Assembly: GCA_004431415.1 (NCBI GenBank)
Contig: QPMI01000409.1
Location: 434,001 to 498,000, forward strand
From: Cyanophora paradoxa CCMP329
Lineage: Eukaryota; Plantae; Glaucophyta
DNA length: 64,000 bases
Direction of reading: 5' to 3'
Shown: one piece after another, positions 1-11,196 of the stretch
Numbering within the stretch: position 1 is the first letter of the stretch
How the letters are laid out: each line of letters begins with the position of its first letter
Made by a program: the position numbers and the translations under genes
The notes under the pieces: generated by a model
Told to the model about the DNA's origin: nothing
Seen by the model: the letters and a program-made list of their open reading frames with translations, nothing else
Database searches by the model: none

Positions 1-3000
1 GAGACCCCTCCGACCTCCGTCGGCGCAGACGTCGCGAAGGCGGCGGCGCACGTCGTCGTCGAGGTCGATGTCGTGGGCGCCGGCGTCCTCGTCCTCGAGC
101 TGGAGGGGCGGGACGTCGGCCGGCAGCGCCGGGATGTGGTCCACGCGGGGCAGCGGCGCCGCCGCCCCCGCCACCAGCGCCCCCGCCAGCGCGCCGAACG
201 CAGCCAGGTTCGCGATCATGGCGGGGTTCACCTGCCGACAAGTCAGCGGGCGCGAGGGAAGCAAACGATCCGAGGCGAGCGGCGCGCGCGCGCACGTTGA
301 TGCAGAAGGCCTTCTCGGTGCTGGCCTCGATGCTGGCGGTGGGGTTGCCGTAGGTCCCGGGCACGAGCTTGATGATCGCCTCGATGTCCCAGGGCTCGAT
401 GAGGACCTCCCAGACGTGCGTGTCCGGGTGCCAGCACTTGCCGTCCAACTCGACGGCGGCGCGCAGGCCCAGCGCGCCCTCCGCCGTCATCAGGTGCACG
501 CGCGGCAGCTTCACGCCGATGCGCAGCAGCGGCATGCGGTATCCGTTCGGCGTCGGCGCGTCCTGCAGCACCTGCACCACGATGCCCTCCACCTTCGCTA
601 GGATGTGCTGCGGCCCGGGTGAGAGGGCGCGAGCGGGCGGGAGGAAGAAAGCGAGGGCGGCGGGCGGACCATAATCGCGGCGGACGGCGGTGGCGGGTCC
701 GGCGGCGGGCCCGGGGCCGGGGGCGGCAGCTGGAGGAGGGGTACGTACGCGACGAGGCTGTTCACCACCGCCAGCGCTGAGGGAACGGAAGATGAGCAAC
801 GATGGGAGCGAACAAAAGGGGAGGGGCGCTTCCGGCGGCGCACCGCTGCGGATCTTGGCGGGAGAGACGGCGATGCCCATCGGGTGCACGCTGCGGCGGA
901 CGGGCGCGTCAGGCGCGACTCGCAGGTCCAGGGCGGCGCGGGCGGAGCGTACACGGCCTTCAGGTAGGCCTTCTCCTGGGCGTTGGCGGCCCAGAAGCCG
1001 ACGGAGACGGCGAAGGGCTGGAGGAGGTGGACGGGGCGGCGGTCGGCCATGACGGAGCGCCAGCGCTTGATGTTGGGGAGGATGTCGACGGCGATGCCCG
1101 TGATCACCACGTCGAAGCACGTGTAGAGCTCGTCCACGCCGGGGTCCAGGTACTGCGCCAGGTCCAGCCGCTCCTGCGGGATCGGCTTCGAGCGGACGCT
1201 CGCGCCGTCCCCGCGCTCCAGCTCCAGCTCGCGCTCCTGCAGCTCCCGCGTCTCGAGGACCTTGCAGAAGGCCTCCTTGTTGATAATCTGGCCCACCACC
1301 TCGATCTTCTCGATCCAGACGAGCACGCCGGCGAGCTTCTGGCGGGCCGGCGGGGGCGGCGGGGGCGGGGCGAGGCCCGAGGCGGCGGCCTTGTCGACGG
1401 GCGGCTGCTCGTAGACGGTGACGATGATGGGCCCGACCTCGACGCGCGAGAGCTTGACGGCGACGAAGGCCTGCGAGTCCTCGTCCAGCTGGCCCGCCTC
1501 CGGCAGCTCGAACTTCTTCACGAAGTCGTCCTTCTCGGCGTCGTTGACCGCCCGCGCCGTCTTCGCCTGCCGCTTCGGGTTCGCCTTCGTGTACACCACC
1601 TGCGCCGCCGCGTGAGAGGACGACGGGGGGGGCGGGGGGCGCGAAGGCGGGGCGGGGCGGGGGGAGGGCGCGCCTTCGGGGGCGGGCGGACGGTCATTAG
1701 GGGCCCGAGCGAGTTGACGAGGTCGACGACGAGCTCCATGGAGAGGTTCACGCGCAGCGTCCGCACCGTTGCTTCCGCGTCCACCAGGCCGCCCGGGGCG
1801 TTCGGGCCCGGCGGGGGGTACACCTTCACGTGCGCCGACACGAAGTCGGGGCGGGCGAGGGGCTTGCCGTCCCGGTCGTGCGTCGGGCGCTGGTCGACGG
1901 GGTCGGTGCTGATGAAGGGCCGCGCGCGGGCCGCCCGCAGCGGGCTCCGGTCGAGGATGTAGAGCCCGCCGACGGCGACGTCGGCGGAGATGAGGCCGAT
2001 GGCGCCCCCGAGGCGGCCCTGGATGCGGCCCGAGGCCCCGATGGCCCGCACCTCGACGCCCAGCACGGGCGTCCGCGGGGGCATCATGACCGGCACCGGC
2101 GCGCCCAGCAGGCGCGTCGACTTGGAGCCAGGGATGGAGAGGCGGCCCTCGTCGGAGAAGCCGGGGGCCTCGAGGGAGGGCGGGGGCAGCCCCAGCGAGG
2201 AGGGCGTCGGCGGCGGTGGCTTGAAGAGCGTCACCGCCACAAGCTTCAGCTCCACGGCGAAGGAGATCTGCGGGGCGGGGCGTAAGACTCGCCTGGAGCG
2301 GGGCGGAGTAGCTAGGGCGCAGCGCAGTGGGGGCGGGCGCGCCATGCCGGGCATGCGGTCGGGGGGGACGCCGGAGACGGTGAAGGTGGACATGGCGGTC
2401 ATGTTCGTGCGCGCCGTCATCGTCGTCGGCGCGAGCGTCGGCGCGTAGTCGCGCGTCGGGGCGTACGAGGCCGTCCCGTCGTCCCGCGGGGGCGGCGCGA
2501 AGGTGACGGAGGCGGTGCGGGCGGTCGGCGGGCGGCCGTCCTCGAAGGAGGAGACGCGGGGGAGGCCCTGGACGACCCCGGGCGAGGAGGGCGGGCCGTA
2601 CGCCGCCCGCGCCTTCTTCTTCTTCTTGCCCTTGCCCGGCAGGCAGCCCGACTTGTCCTGCGCGCCCCGCTCGGCCGGGGGCGGGCGCGAGACGGGAGCC
2701 GGCGGGGCGCACCGTGACCTCGAGGTCGCCGCGGCGGGCCGCCCAGATCGGGTTCTCCCCGAAGTCCCGGAAGAACACGATGTCCTGCGCGTCGCGCCGC
2801 GGCGCGCGGCGGTGGCCTCCTCAGCACCGGGCGCGGCTGAGGGGAGGGGAGGGGCGGCCCCGAGGCGGCGGGGCGGAGGCGGACCTCGAAGGTGTAGCGG
2901 TCGGACTCCTCGATCTCGCGGAGGCGCTTCTCCTCGGAGCCCGAGAGCGCCTTCTTCGCCTCCTTCTCCTCCGAGTCCATGAAGCGGGACCAGATCTCCG

Positions 3001-4799
3001 CGTACTCCCGCCGCTCGTGCCTGAGCGAGCAGGCGGGCGGGCGCGAGGGCGGGCGGGCGGCGGATCAGTGAATAAGTGTATGGGTGATTGGGAGGGGCGC
3101 CGCGCACTGGCGCTGGTGGTCGGTCATGCCGGCGCGGACCCAGCGCCAGGGCTTGGCGCGCTTGAGGACCTCCTCGCGCACGAGCGCCATGGCGTAGTGC
3201 CACCAGGCGCGCCGCGTCGCCGGCGTCGGGTCCTGCTTGATCGAGACCTTGGGGCGCAGCCGCCCGTGCCGGATGAACGTCTCGCGCGCCCCGAAGAAGG
3301 CGCCGAAGCCCATCAGGTTCACCAGCTGCTCCGGGTCCGCCGAGACCTGCGCAGAGCGAAACTCAGCGAGGCCGGCGCGCCAGACGTCATGGAGGAGAAG
3401 GGCGGGCCTTGACGGCGGGGATCTCGACGCGGGCGGAGACGACGCCGCGCTCGCGGTCGGCGGGGAGGCCACCCAGCAGCGCGTTGCAGTCGATCGCCGC
3501 GCACACGTTCACGTAGAGCGGGTGCACCACGAACCGGTGCTCCTGCGCCGCCGCCCCGCGTCAGCCTGCGGCCCCGATGCTTGCTGCACGCTGCGGGCCG
3601 CACCGAGTCGTCGTCGCGGGCGATGTCGGCGGCGAACGCGCGCGTCTGGAAGCCCCGATCCAGCAGCTCGTAGCTGCGGGGCGAGCCTGGGCGGGACGCC
3701 GGGGTGCAAGGAGCCAAGCAGCGCGGCGCACCTCCCGTCCGGCAGGTCGCTGTCGAGGTACACGGAGACCGCCTCGACCTTCGCGAGGGCGGGAGGGGCG
3801 CGTAAGCGCGGGCGGGAGGGGCCACGGCCGCGCGGGGAGGCGGCGCACGTAGACACTCGTCTGCGCGACGGTCAGCTTGCTGCGCCAGTGCTCGGACTTG
3901 ATCTCCTCTTCATCAGGCGTCTTCTTGATCTCCACCTTGGAGATGCAGACGCCGAGGGAGACGGGGCGCTGCGGGGCCCGCCCGTAGTCAGGACAGGTTC
4001 CCCGCAAGAGACCCGGCGCCCGCGCGCATGCGCGGCAGCGCTGGAGGCACCTCCGGGCGCGTAAAGGTGTCCTCGATGCGGATGTGGATGCGGTTAACGG
4101 TCACGTGGACGCCCCGGAGAAAGCTCGCGATGATCGCCGCCACCGCCGGCTTTCCGTTGTCCGCGTCCGCGCCCAGCTCCTCCTTCACCTTCTCCTCTGC
4201 AGGCCGCGCTCGAAGCGCGGTACGCACGCGCGTGCCTTCGGAAACGCACCGATCTGCTTCTTCGCAACGCGAACGGCCTCGTCGGCCGCAAGTCGCGCCT
4301 TCTTGACGACCTTCATCCTATTTTCTCCCGCATCCTCGGACAGCTGCGAGCGCGTTTCGCAGGTGCGCAGGGCTGGGAGAAAGGCGCAGAGTGCACCGTC
4401 GTGTTGAGCGTCGCGAAGATGTAGATGTCCTCGACCAGCACGCGCACCTGGCGCTTGAGCAGGCTCAGCTCTACTTCGATGTTCCCGAAGTGCCCTGCAC
4501 ACAGCCGCACCGGCCGCGTCGGCGTGCTGACGGACAACCGGTTCTGATCGCACCGCGAATGATGTTGAGGTCGAGGTCGAGGTTGAGGTCGTTGATCGCT
4601 TGGGGGCGAAGCTCGAGGCTCGACAGGCGTATTGTGCCTGTGTGGGTAGGCTTTAGAACAAGCGGCATAGCGAGGACGGGGGTTGTAACGCGTTTTTGAG
4701 CGAACCGAAGAGATTGAGGCTGATCTGAGAACCATCTTGTATCGGTTCGAAGAATGGCGCGAACTTGAGGCCACTGTTCACTAGCCACTTGCCGAACAT
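1..4799 (-). CDS. VPS13: VPS13-family lipid-transfer protein (Chorein_N), multi-exon; 3' part runs off the window start
   Basis: ATG at 4799 gives MFGKWLVNSGLKFAPFFEPIQD. Spliced exons give GTIRLSSLELRPQAINDLNLDLDLNIIRG-HFGNIEVELSLLKRQVRVLVEDIYIFA and IIASFLRGVHVTVNRIHIRIEDT-RPVSLGVCISKVEI (Chorein_N), RRAWWHYAMALV, and WEVLIEPW at 389-412 (VPS13 WEPxIEPW-like motif). Confidence 0.85.
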
Positions 4800-5499
4800 C
4801 CTCCCACTGCACCCAAACTACCGGCAGCTGCAAATTTCAAGGTCAGACGCTCCTGGCCAACGCGCGAGCGAGAGTAAAACATCCTAACGAACCGGATGAT
4901 GCAGAGCTCGTCCCTTGCCGCGCCCGCCGCGCCTGGGAATGCCGTCGCCGCGAAATGCCGCCAACGGCAGGTCGATGCGAAGCGGAGCTTCTCGCGAGGC
5001 TCAGCGGCAGCTGGATGCCGCTTCTTGAGCTGTTGCGAGCCAAGCGCAAGCGGTTGCACGGCCGCGCTAGCTGGAGTCTGCTGGACTCTTCCGGCCGGCC
5101 CGGCGAGCTGGCGGCTAAGACCGGTGTACCCAGACCTCTCTGTTAGGGGCTATAGGGCCAAACGCTGACCAATGGGAACCCAGCGCTGCATTCATGGTCG
5201 CGATCGCGCGATATCGATCGCTCGGCCTTCGCGTCGGATCCGGATCCCGGATCGACCGTCGATCACGATCATGATCGATGTCGCTGAGCTCGCGCCGGCC
5301 GCCGGCCGGCGGTGCCGGCGCGGGCGATCGCAGCCGCTCGGTGATCGCGCGCAGTGCGCAGTGCGCTCGCAGTGCGCGCGCAGTGCTGCTGCTGGTGGTC
5401 AACATTTGCAATTATCGTGGTTCACTGTAATTTGACATCCTTACTACGAAAGAAAGACAGAAATGGAAAGTGATTACATTTCATTTAAGCCTGAAGGGC

Positions 5500-8400
5500 T
5501 TACTTCTTCTCAAGCTTATCAAGGATCTGACCGACTGCGATAGGGATGCGGGTGCCTGGGCCAAAAATGCACTTGACACCTGCCTTATACAGCTCATCAT
5601 AGTCATTCTGGGGGATCACACCACCAGCAATCTGTCCGAAAGGTTTCAGTCCGTACAAGGTTTGCAGCCAAGAAGCAAACACTGAAGTGTCTTACCACTC
5701 CGATGTGCTTTCCACCCTGCTTCTGGAGCTCTGCAATAAGCTCAGGGATGAGGGCACGGTGGCCAGCTGCTTGAGAGCTGACGCCAACAACATGCACGTC
5801 GGCTTCAATCGCCTGAGTGGCCACCTCCTTCGGGGTCTGGAAGAGGGGACCAATATCTACATCCCAGCCTGCATGCACAGTCAGGTTGACTTACAAGAAC
5901 ATAACACACGAGAGCGTGTACCGAGATCGCTGAAGCCAGAGGCGATGACCTTGGCTCCACGGTCATGACCATCCTGGCCCATCTTAGCAACCAGAATGCG
6001 GGGCCGACGGCCCTCCTTCTTCATGAATTCCTCCACCTGAGAAGAGATTTTAGGATGTTGAAGATGTTCAAAAGAGATGTTGAAGAAAAGCTACACACCC
6101 GCTTGAGCACGGCCTGCACCTCGCCCTTGCCATCATCGTAGGAGCTGACATAGGCCCCAGTGACAACGGAAGCGCTTGGTGAGTAGCGGCCGAAGCTCTT
6201 CTCCAGGGCGTCCGAAATCTCCCCAACAGTGGCACGTGCAAGAGCACACTCGACTGCGACAGCCAGCAGGTTCGAGTTCATATCCTTGCAGTCGGCTTTG
6301 TTGTTTGCTCCTAGTGCCTCGAGCTTCTTCAGGGCCGCCTCAACCTTGGTCTTGTCACGCTTGGCCCGGGTTTCTTGGATGCGCTTGACCTGCGAATCAC
6401 GGACAGCCACATTGTCGATCTTCCGAACTTCCATAGGGTTGGCAGCATCCCTGAGAACACATGTTGGTTAAGACGGAAATGTACAATGATCATTCCAGAT
6501 GTCAAGCCCATTCCAAGACGCACTTGTCCGATTTGTACTTATTGACACCGACAATAATCTCCTGGCCAGAATCAATGCGTGCTTGCTTGCGGATGGCGCT
6601 CTCTTCAATGCGGCGCTTGGCCATGCCAGACTCGATCGCCTTGGACATACCACCAAGTTGCTCAACCTGGAAAGAAATAGATGAGACACAGAGACTCAAC
6701 ATGCTTGAAAAACGAGCCACAAAGTGCAGACCTCCTCGATAGTAGCGAGAGCCTTGTCGTACAGATCTTGGGTCAACGCCTCAATGAAGTACGAGCCACC
6801 AAGGGGGTCAGCCACACGCCGGATGCCTGTCTCGTCCTGAAGGATGAGCTGTGCATCCAAGCTGTGTCAGGCCGAATGCGTTAAATCAACAAGATGCATC
6901 ATGAAAGTTGCAGACCTGTGTGTTGCGTGCAATGCGAGCAGAGAACTCAGTAGGCAGTGCGATAGCCTCATCGAAGCTGTTCGTGTGGAGCGACTGTGTG
7001 CCACCAAGGGTTGCAGCCATGGCCTCCACTGTCGTGCGGATAATGTTGTTGTAAGGGTCTTGCTCCGTGAGCGAGTAGCCTGAAAAAAAGCGCATCATTA
7101 CTTAGTAATCTGACAGATGACAAGATCGGAGCAGACTGCTCACCAGATGTCTGGCAGTGAGTGCGAAGAAGCATAGACTTCTCGCTCTTGGCATTCGCCT
7201 TCTCCTTCATGAGATGCGCCCAGAGGCGGCGAGCTGCACGAAGCTTGGCAATCTCCATGAAGAAGTTCTGCATAGATTTGCATCAGATTCCATGCAATCA
7301 TTCGGATTCGTAGTAGGAATGGTCTCAATGTGTGCACCATGCCAATGGCGAAGAAGAACGAGAAGCGAGGGGCAACAGTGTCAACATTCAGACCCGCACG
7401 AGCGGCGCATTTCACGTATTCCTGGAGGGAAGAGCACGTCAGCGAAGAGTGTTGGAGATGCAGGTATGAATACAGAAGCACACCAGGCCATCAGCAAGGG
7501 TGAAAGCGAGTTCAAGCGCACTGTCAGCACCGGCCTCCTGCATGTGGTAGCCCGAGATGGAGATCGAGTTGAACTTCGGCATGTTCGCACTTTGGTAGGC
7601 AAAGATCTCCGAGATGATGCGAAGGGAGGGCTCCGGTGGGTAGATGAACGTGTTCCGGACCATAAACTCCTTCAGAATATCGTTCTGGATCGTGCCCGAC
7701 AGCTCGTTGAGTTGCGCACCCTGCTCCAGGGCCACGCCGATGTACATCGCGAGGATAGGCAACACGGCGCCGTTCATTGTCATACTAACGGAGACCTTGT
7801 TGAGCGGAATCCCTGCGATGCGCTCGTTTAGCGCGCGCCAAGCTGCCAGTCAATCGCAAGGTACCGTCGAAAAGAATCTTCATGTCTTCAATGGAGTCTG
7901 CGTGCGGTCGTCAGCGAACAGGGGATCAAATTTGACAGCTAAGCCCGCGAACCGATCGCCACTCCAGCCATTCCGACGTCTGTGCACGCGATACCATGGT
8001 GAGCAGAACCCATGCGAAGATCTAATGGCTACGGGAGAGGCGCAGCGGACGCACCGCCAGCGACGCGAGGATGATCAGAGTCATAGCCGCGGTGCGTTGG
8101 AAGGTCGAATGCGACAGAGAGGCCTTGCTGGCCGGCCTTCAAGTTTCTCTTGTAGAACGCATTCGACTCCTCAGCGGTACTGAACCCTGCCGAGCCCTGG
8201 TGAGCCGAAGGCTATCGATGACGCGACACATCTGGGCGAGTTCGCGCACCGGCGTACTGACGCACGGTCCACGGCTTGTATGTGTACATAGTTGCGTCTG
8301 AGGAATCGCGAAATCAGCTTCTGACACGCGTGTGCGTGTGCGGTCGGCGGATGACGCACACGGCCCCCGCGAGAACGGGAAGACGCCAGGCATCTCATCC

Positions 8401-8719
8401 AGCTCGGACGCGGCCGTCCCTTGAAGGTCAGCCTTCGTGTAGAGAGGCTTCACATCGATTCCTTCGGGCGTCTTCCAGATGAGCAGCTCCGCGGGGTCCT
8501 TCCCGTCGACCTCCTTCGTCGCAAGCTTCGCCCACTTCTCCGGCAGCGGCTGCACAGGCCGTGCCTGCAAAGCGCGTGCTCAATACCGCGGTCATTGACG
8601 CGGTCGACGCCTGACCGGCGGACGCCGTGACGGACCTTGTTAGCGAGTTCGCGTGCTAGGCGAGGTGCGCGTGGGCCCACGACAGGGCGCACACGCACGG
8701 ACCGAAGTGCCGTGTACAT
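5500..8719 (-). CDS. MMUT: Methylmalonyl-CoA mutase (adenosylcobalamin-dependent), mitochondrial precursor, multi-exon
   Basis: Exons read [86 protein letters not shown] and the B12-binding [13 protein letters not shown]. The gene ends at GPGTRIP...KLEKK*. The leader [12 protein letters not shown] is Arg-rich. Confidence 0.96.
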
Positions 8720-9099
8720 CCTGGACGGCCGCGAATGCTACGCTCAGGACGCGGCGCGCGGGTCGTCAAGTGTCAGACCGGGTACCCCCCGGGGACAAGC
8801 GAAGTGGCAATTGCAAGCTTCGAGCTTCAGTGCAGCGCGCGTGCAGGCCGGCGCCGGTCACGGCACAGGTCGGCAGGTATACGTTGCCGCTTTGGTGGCG
8901 GCGCTATCGCGCGGCGCCGACCACGCCGCTTTGCATTAGACCGATCGAATTCCAACACCTTAACTGTGCTATTTTCAGGGGTTCCTCACCAATCACTGAA
9001 GCGTGATCACTGTACAATCCGAGCGAAATAGAAGGGGGAGCGCGGGAGCGAAATCGAGTATGTTACACCAGAGGACGGGCCGGCCGCCGACGCCCGCCC

Positions 9100-11001
9100 T
9101 CAGTGGAAGGTCGTGCCGGCGAGGCCGTCCAGGAGGGCGGCGATGTACCGCACGCGGGCGAGGTTCTGGGCGTAGTCCAGCCTGCGTGGAGGGGGACCTG
9201 TCAGAGCAGGGCAGGCCAGGGCGCGCGATACGCCGTTGAGAGTGCACCGCGTCGGCCCGAGCAGCGCCACAGCGCCCTGAACGGCGCTCCCATCGTCGCG
9301 GCCGCCTGCGGGGGCTCCCCGGTCAGACGGCGAAGGCGCTCGGCTGGGGGCGGCGGCAGGCACCGTAGGGGGCGACCAGGAGAGAGCAGTCGCGAATGCC
9401 GTTTCTGAGGGGCGTCGACATCATCTCGCCGCCGATGATCACGCTCGGCCCCCTGTGCGGCGCGAGGCTGCGAGTCAGCGCGGCGGACAGGGGCAGCCCG
9501 GAGGCGGCGTAGGCGCACGAGGGGAGCAGGTCCTCCGAGCAGAGCGAGGCGGCCAGCAGGCCATCCTCAGTTGCGCTGACGAGCTCCAGGACACGCTACA
9601 GAGACTGTAAGCAGCGAAGACAGAGAGAACGCGCAGCGGGCGGGGCCGGCGGGGCCGCGCCTGGTGATTGCTGGCAAACTCGGGCTGGAGGAGGACGTCG
9701 GCGAGGCCCTCGATGGCGGTTGCGCTGGGCGCCGAGCTCGCCCGCCGCTCCGACTGCAGTACGCTCAGGAGCGCCTGCGCGACGCGCGCGCAGATGGCCG
9801 CCCCCGGCGAGTCGGCCGGCTCGTCCTCCATCGTGCGCGCCATCTGCGCGCGGGTGAGCGGCGGAGCCGGGGCGGGGCGGGGCGGGGCGGGGGGAGCGGG
9901 GGGAGCGGGCCTGGTTGGCGAGCTCGGGGTCGACGAGGGAGAGGCCGGAGACGGCCTTGCCGATGCGGAGGGCAGCGCGGCGGAGCTCAGCCTCGGGCAC
10001 GGGCTCGTCCCCATCTCCCAGCTCCAGCGGGACGAGCGTCTTCAGGATGCTCGCGTCGCTGAGGATGACGACGAGGAGCGCCGCCCCGCCGACCGCCACC
10101 GCGTCCACCGCCCGCACGTACACGAGGTCCGTCCGCGCCCGTGGGGGCGTCACGATCGTCAGGAGGCCCGCCCGCCGCGCCAGCGAGCGCGCCGCCGCGG
10201 CCGCCCACGCCTCCGGCTCCATGGGGCCGTCGGAGAGCTCGCGGGCGATCGAAGCCCGCTCCTCCGCCGAGAGCCGCACCTCCTCCATAAGCGAGTCGAC
10301 GTACACGCGGTAGCCACGCTCCGACGGCACACGTCCTGCTCACGGCCGGTTCGAGGGGGCAGCGGCTCAGCGCGCGGGGGGCTGCGCACCGGATACTTGA
10401 TGGGGCTGGTGAAGCAGCCCGCTGCTCTCCAGGGCAGCCAGGTCCAGGCGGATTGTGGCGGGGCTTGCCTCGTTGGTGCCCTCCAGGAATGACGACGCAA
10501 CCGGCGACCCCACCTCCACATAGCTGCGCGGAAAGGCGCAGAAAGCGTTCAAATGTGCAAAAGCAAGGAGGTCTGGGTTTAGGACCGCCCGGCAGACGGT
10601 TACGGGCGCGAGGACGCGGCACGCGTAGGGAGTGCGCACCGCTCGACGAGGCGGCGGAGTACTTCTGCGCGCCGGGCCCCTACTCTAGAGGCGAACAAAG
10701 TCTCCTGGAGCTGCACCGCGTCCCCCACTTGGCCGTCGGGTGCGGCGACCCCGCCGCGCGGCACCCAGCGCTTCCGGGGCGCTGGCGCCGGGTCCGATGC
10801 CGGCGCCGGGCGGGCAGGGGTCTGTCCCGCGCGCACGACCCGCTTGGTTCGCGGCCGTCCGCGTGGTCTCTTCGCTTCGCTGGATTGTGCGCACTCCACG
10901 GCAAAAGCGCATGGCAACGCAGCGGACCTCACTGACGGAAGTACACGAACCTCCGCGCCACACACGGCGCCCCCGAGGAAGGCAGCCTCTTGGCCGGCCA
11001 T
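9100..11001 (-). CDS. hrcA: Heat-inducible transcription repressor HrcA homolog, intron-containing, with ~95-aa N-terminal extension (putative plastid transit peptide plus AT-hook)
   Basis: Spliced product: RRAEVLRRLVER|YVEVGSPVASSFL...SPATIRLDLAALESSGLLHQPHQVSG|RVPSERGYRVYVDSLM (winged HTH); IEGLADVLLQPEF; PSVIIGGE...RDCSLLVAPY; GAVALLGPTR|LDYAQNLARVRYIAALL...TFH*. All HrcA blocks are present in order. Confidence 0.9.
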
Positions 11002-11196
11002 CAATCTGGGAGGGCGAACTGGACCCAGGGTACACCTCACCAAAAGTTGGACGCTCGACGTTCGCCAGTCCAGCTAGTTTCCGCTGAAGCGTGCGCGCGC
11101 GTGAGAAGCCGGAGCAAATCCGGCAGCGCTCACAAGCGCTCACCGCGCATCTGACAAACCTGAGCACGCAGAAGCTCAGCGGAGCGCCTACTTGAA
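11002..11196. promoter_or_regulatory. Putative bidirectional promoter between hrcA and UBP6
   Basis: Divergent ATGs at 11001 (-) and 11197 (+) are separated by 195 bp. Confidence 0.5.

Noticed and set aside
9597-9606. In-frame TAG in hrcA suggesting stop-codon recoding
   Set aside because: The TAG itself can serve as the 3' splice acceptor, and TAG terminates AIP1, SRP68 and other genes here.
9100-11001. hrcA as bacterial contamination or part of a hrcA-grpE-dnaK operon
   Set aside because: It has host-style spliceosomal introns and a presequence, its neighbours are eukaryotic, and no chaperone genes are adjacent.
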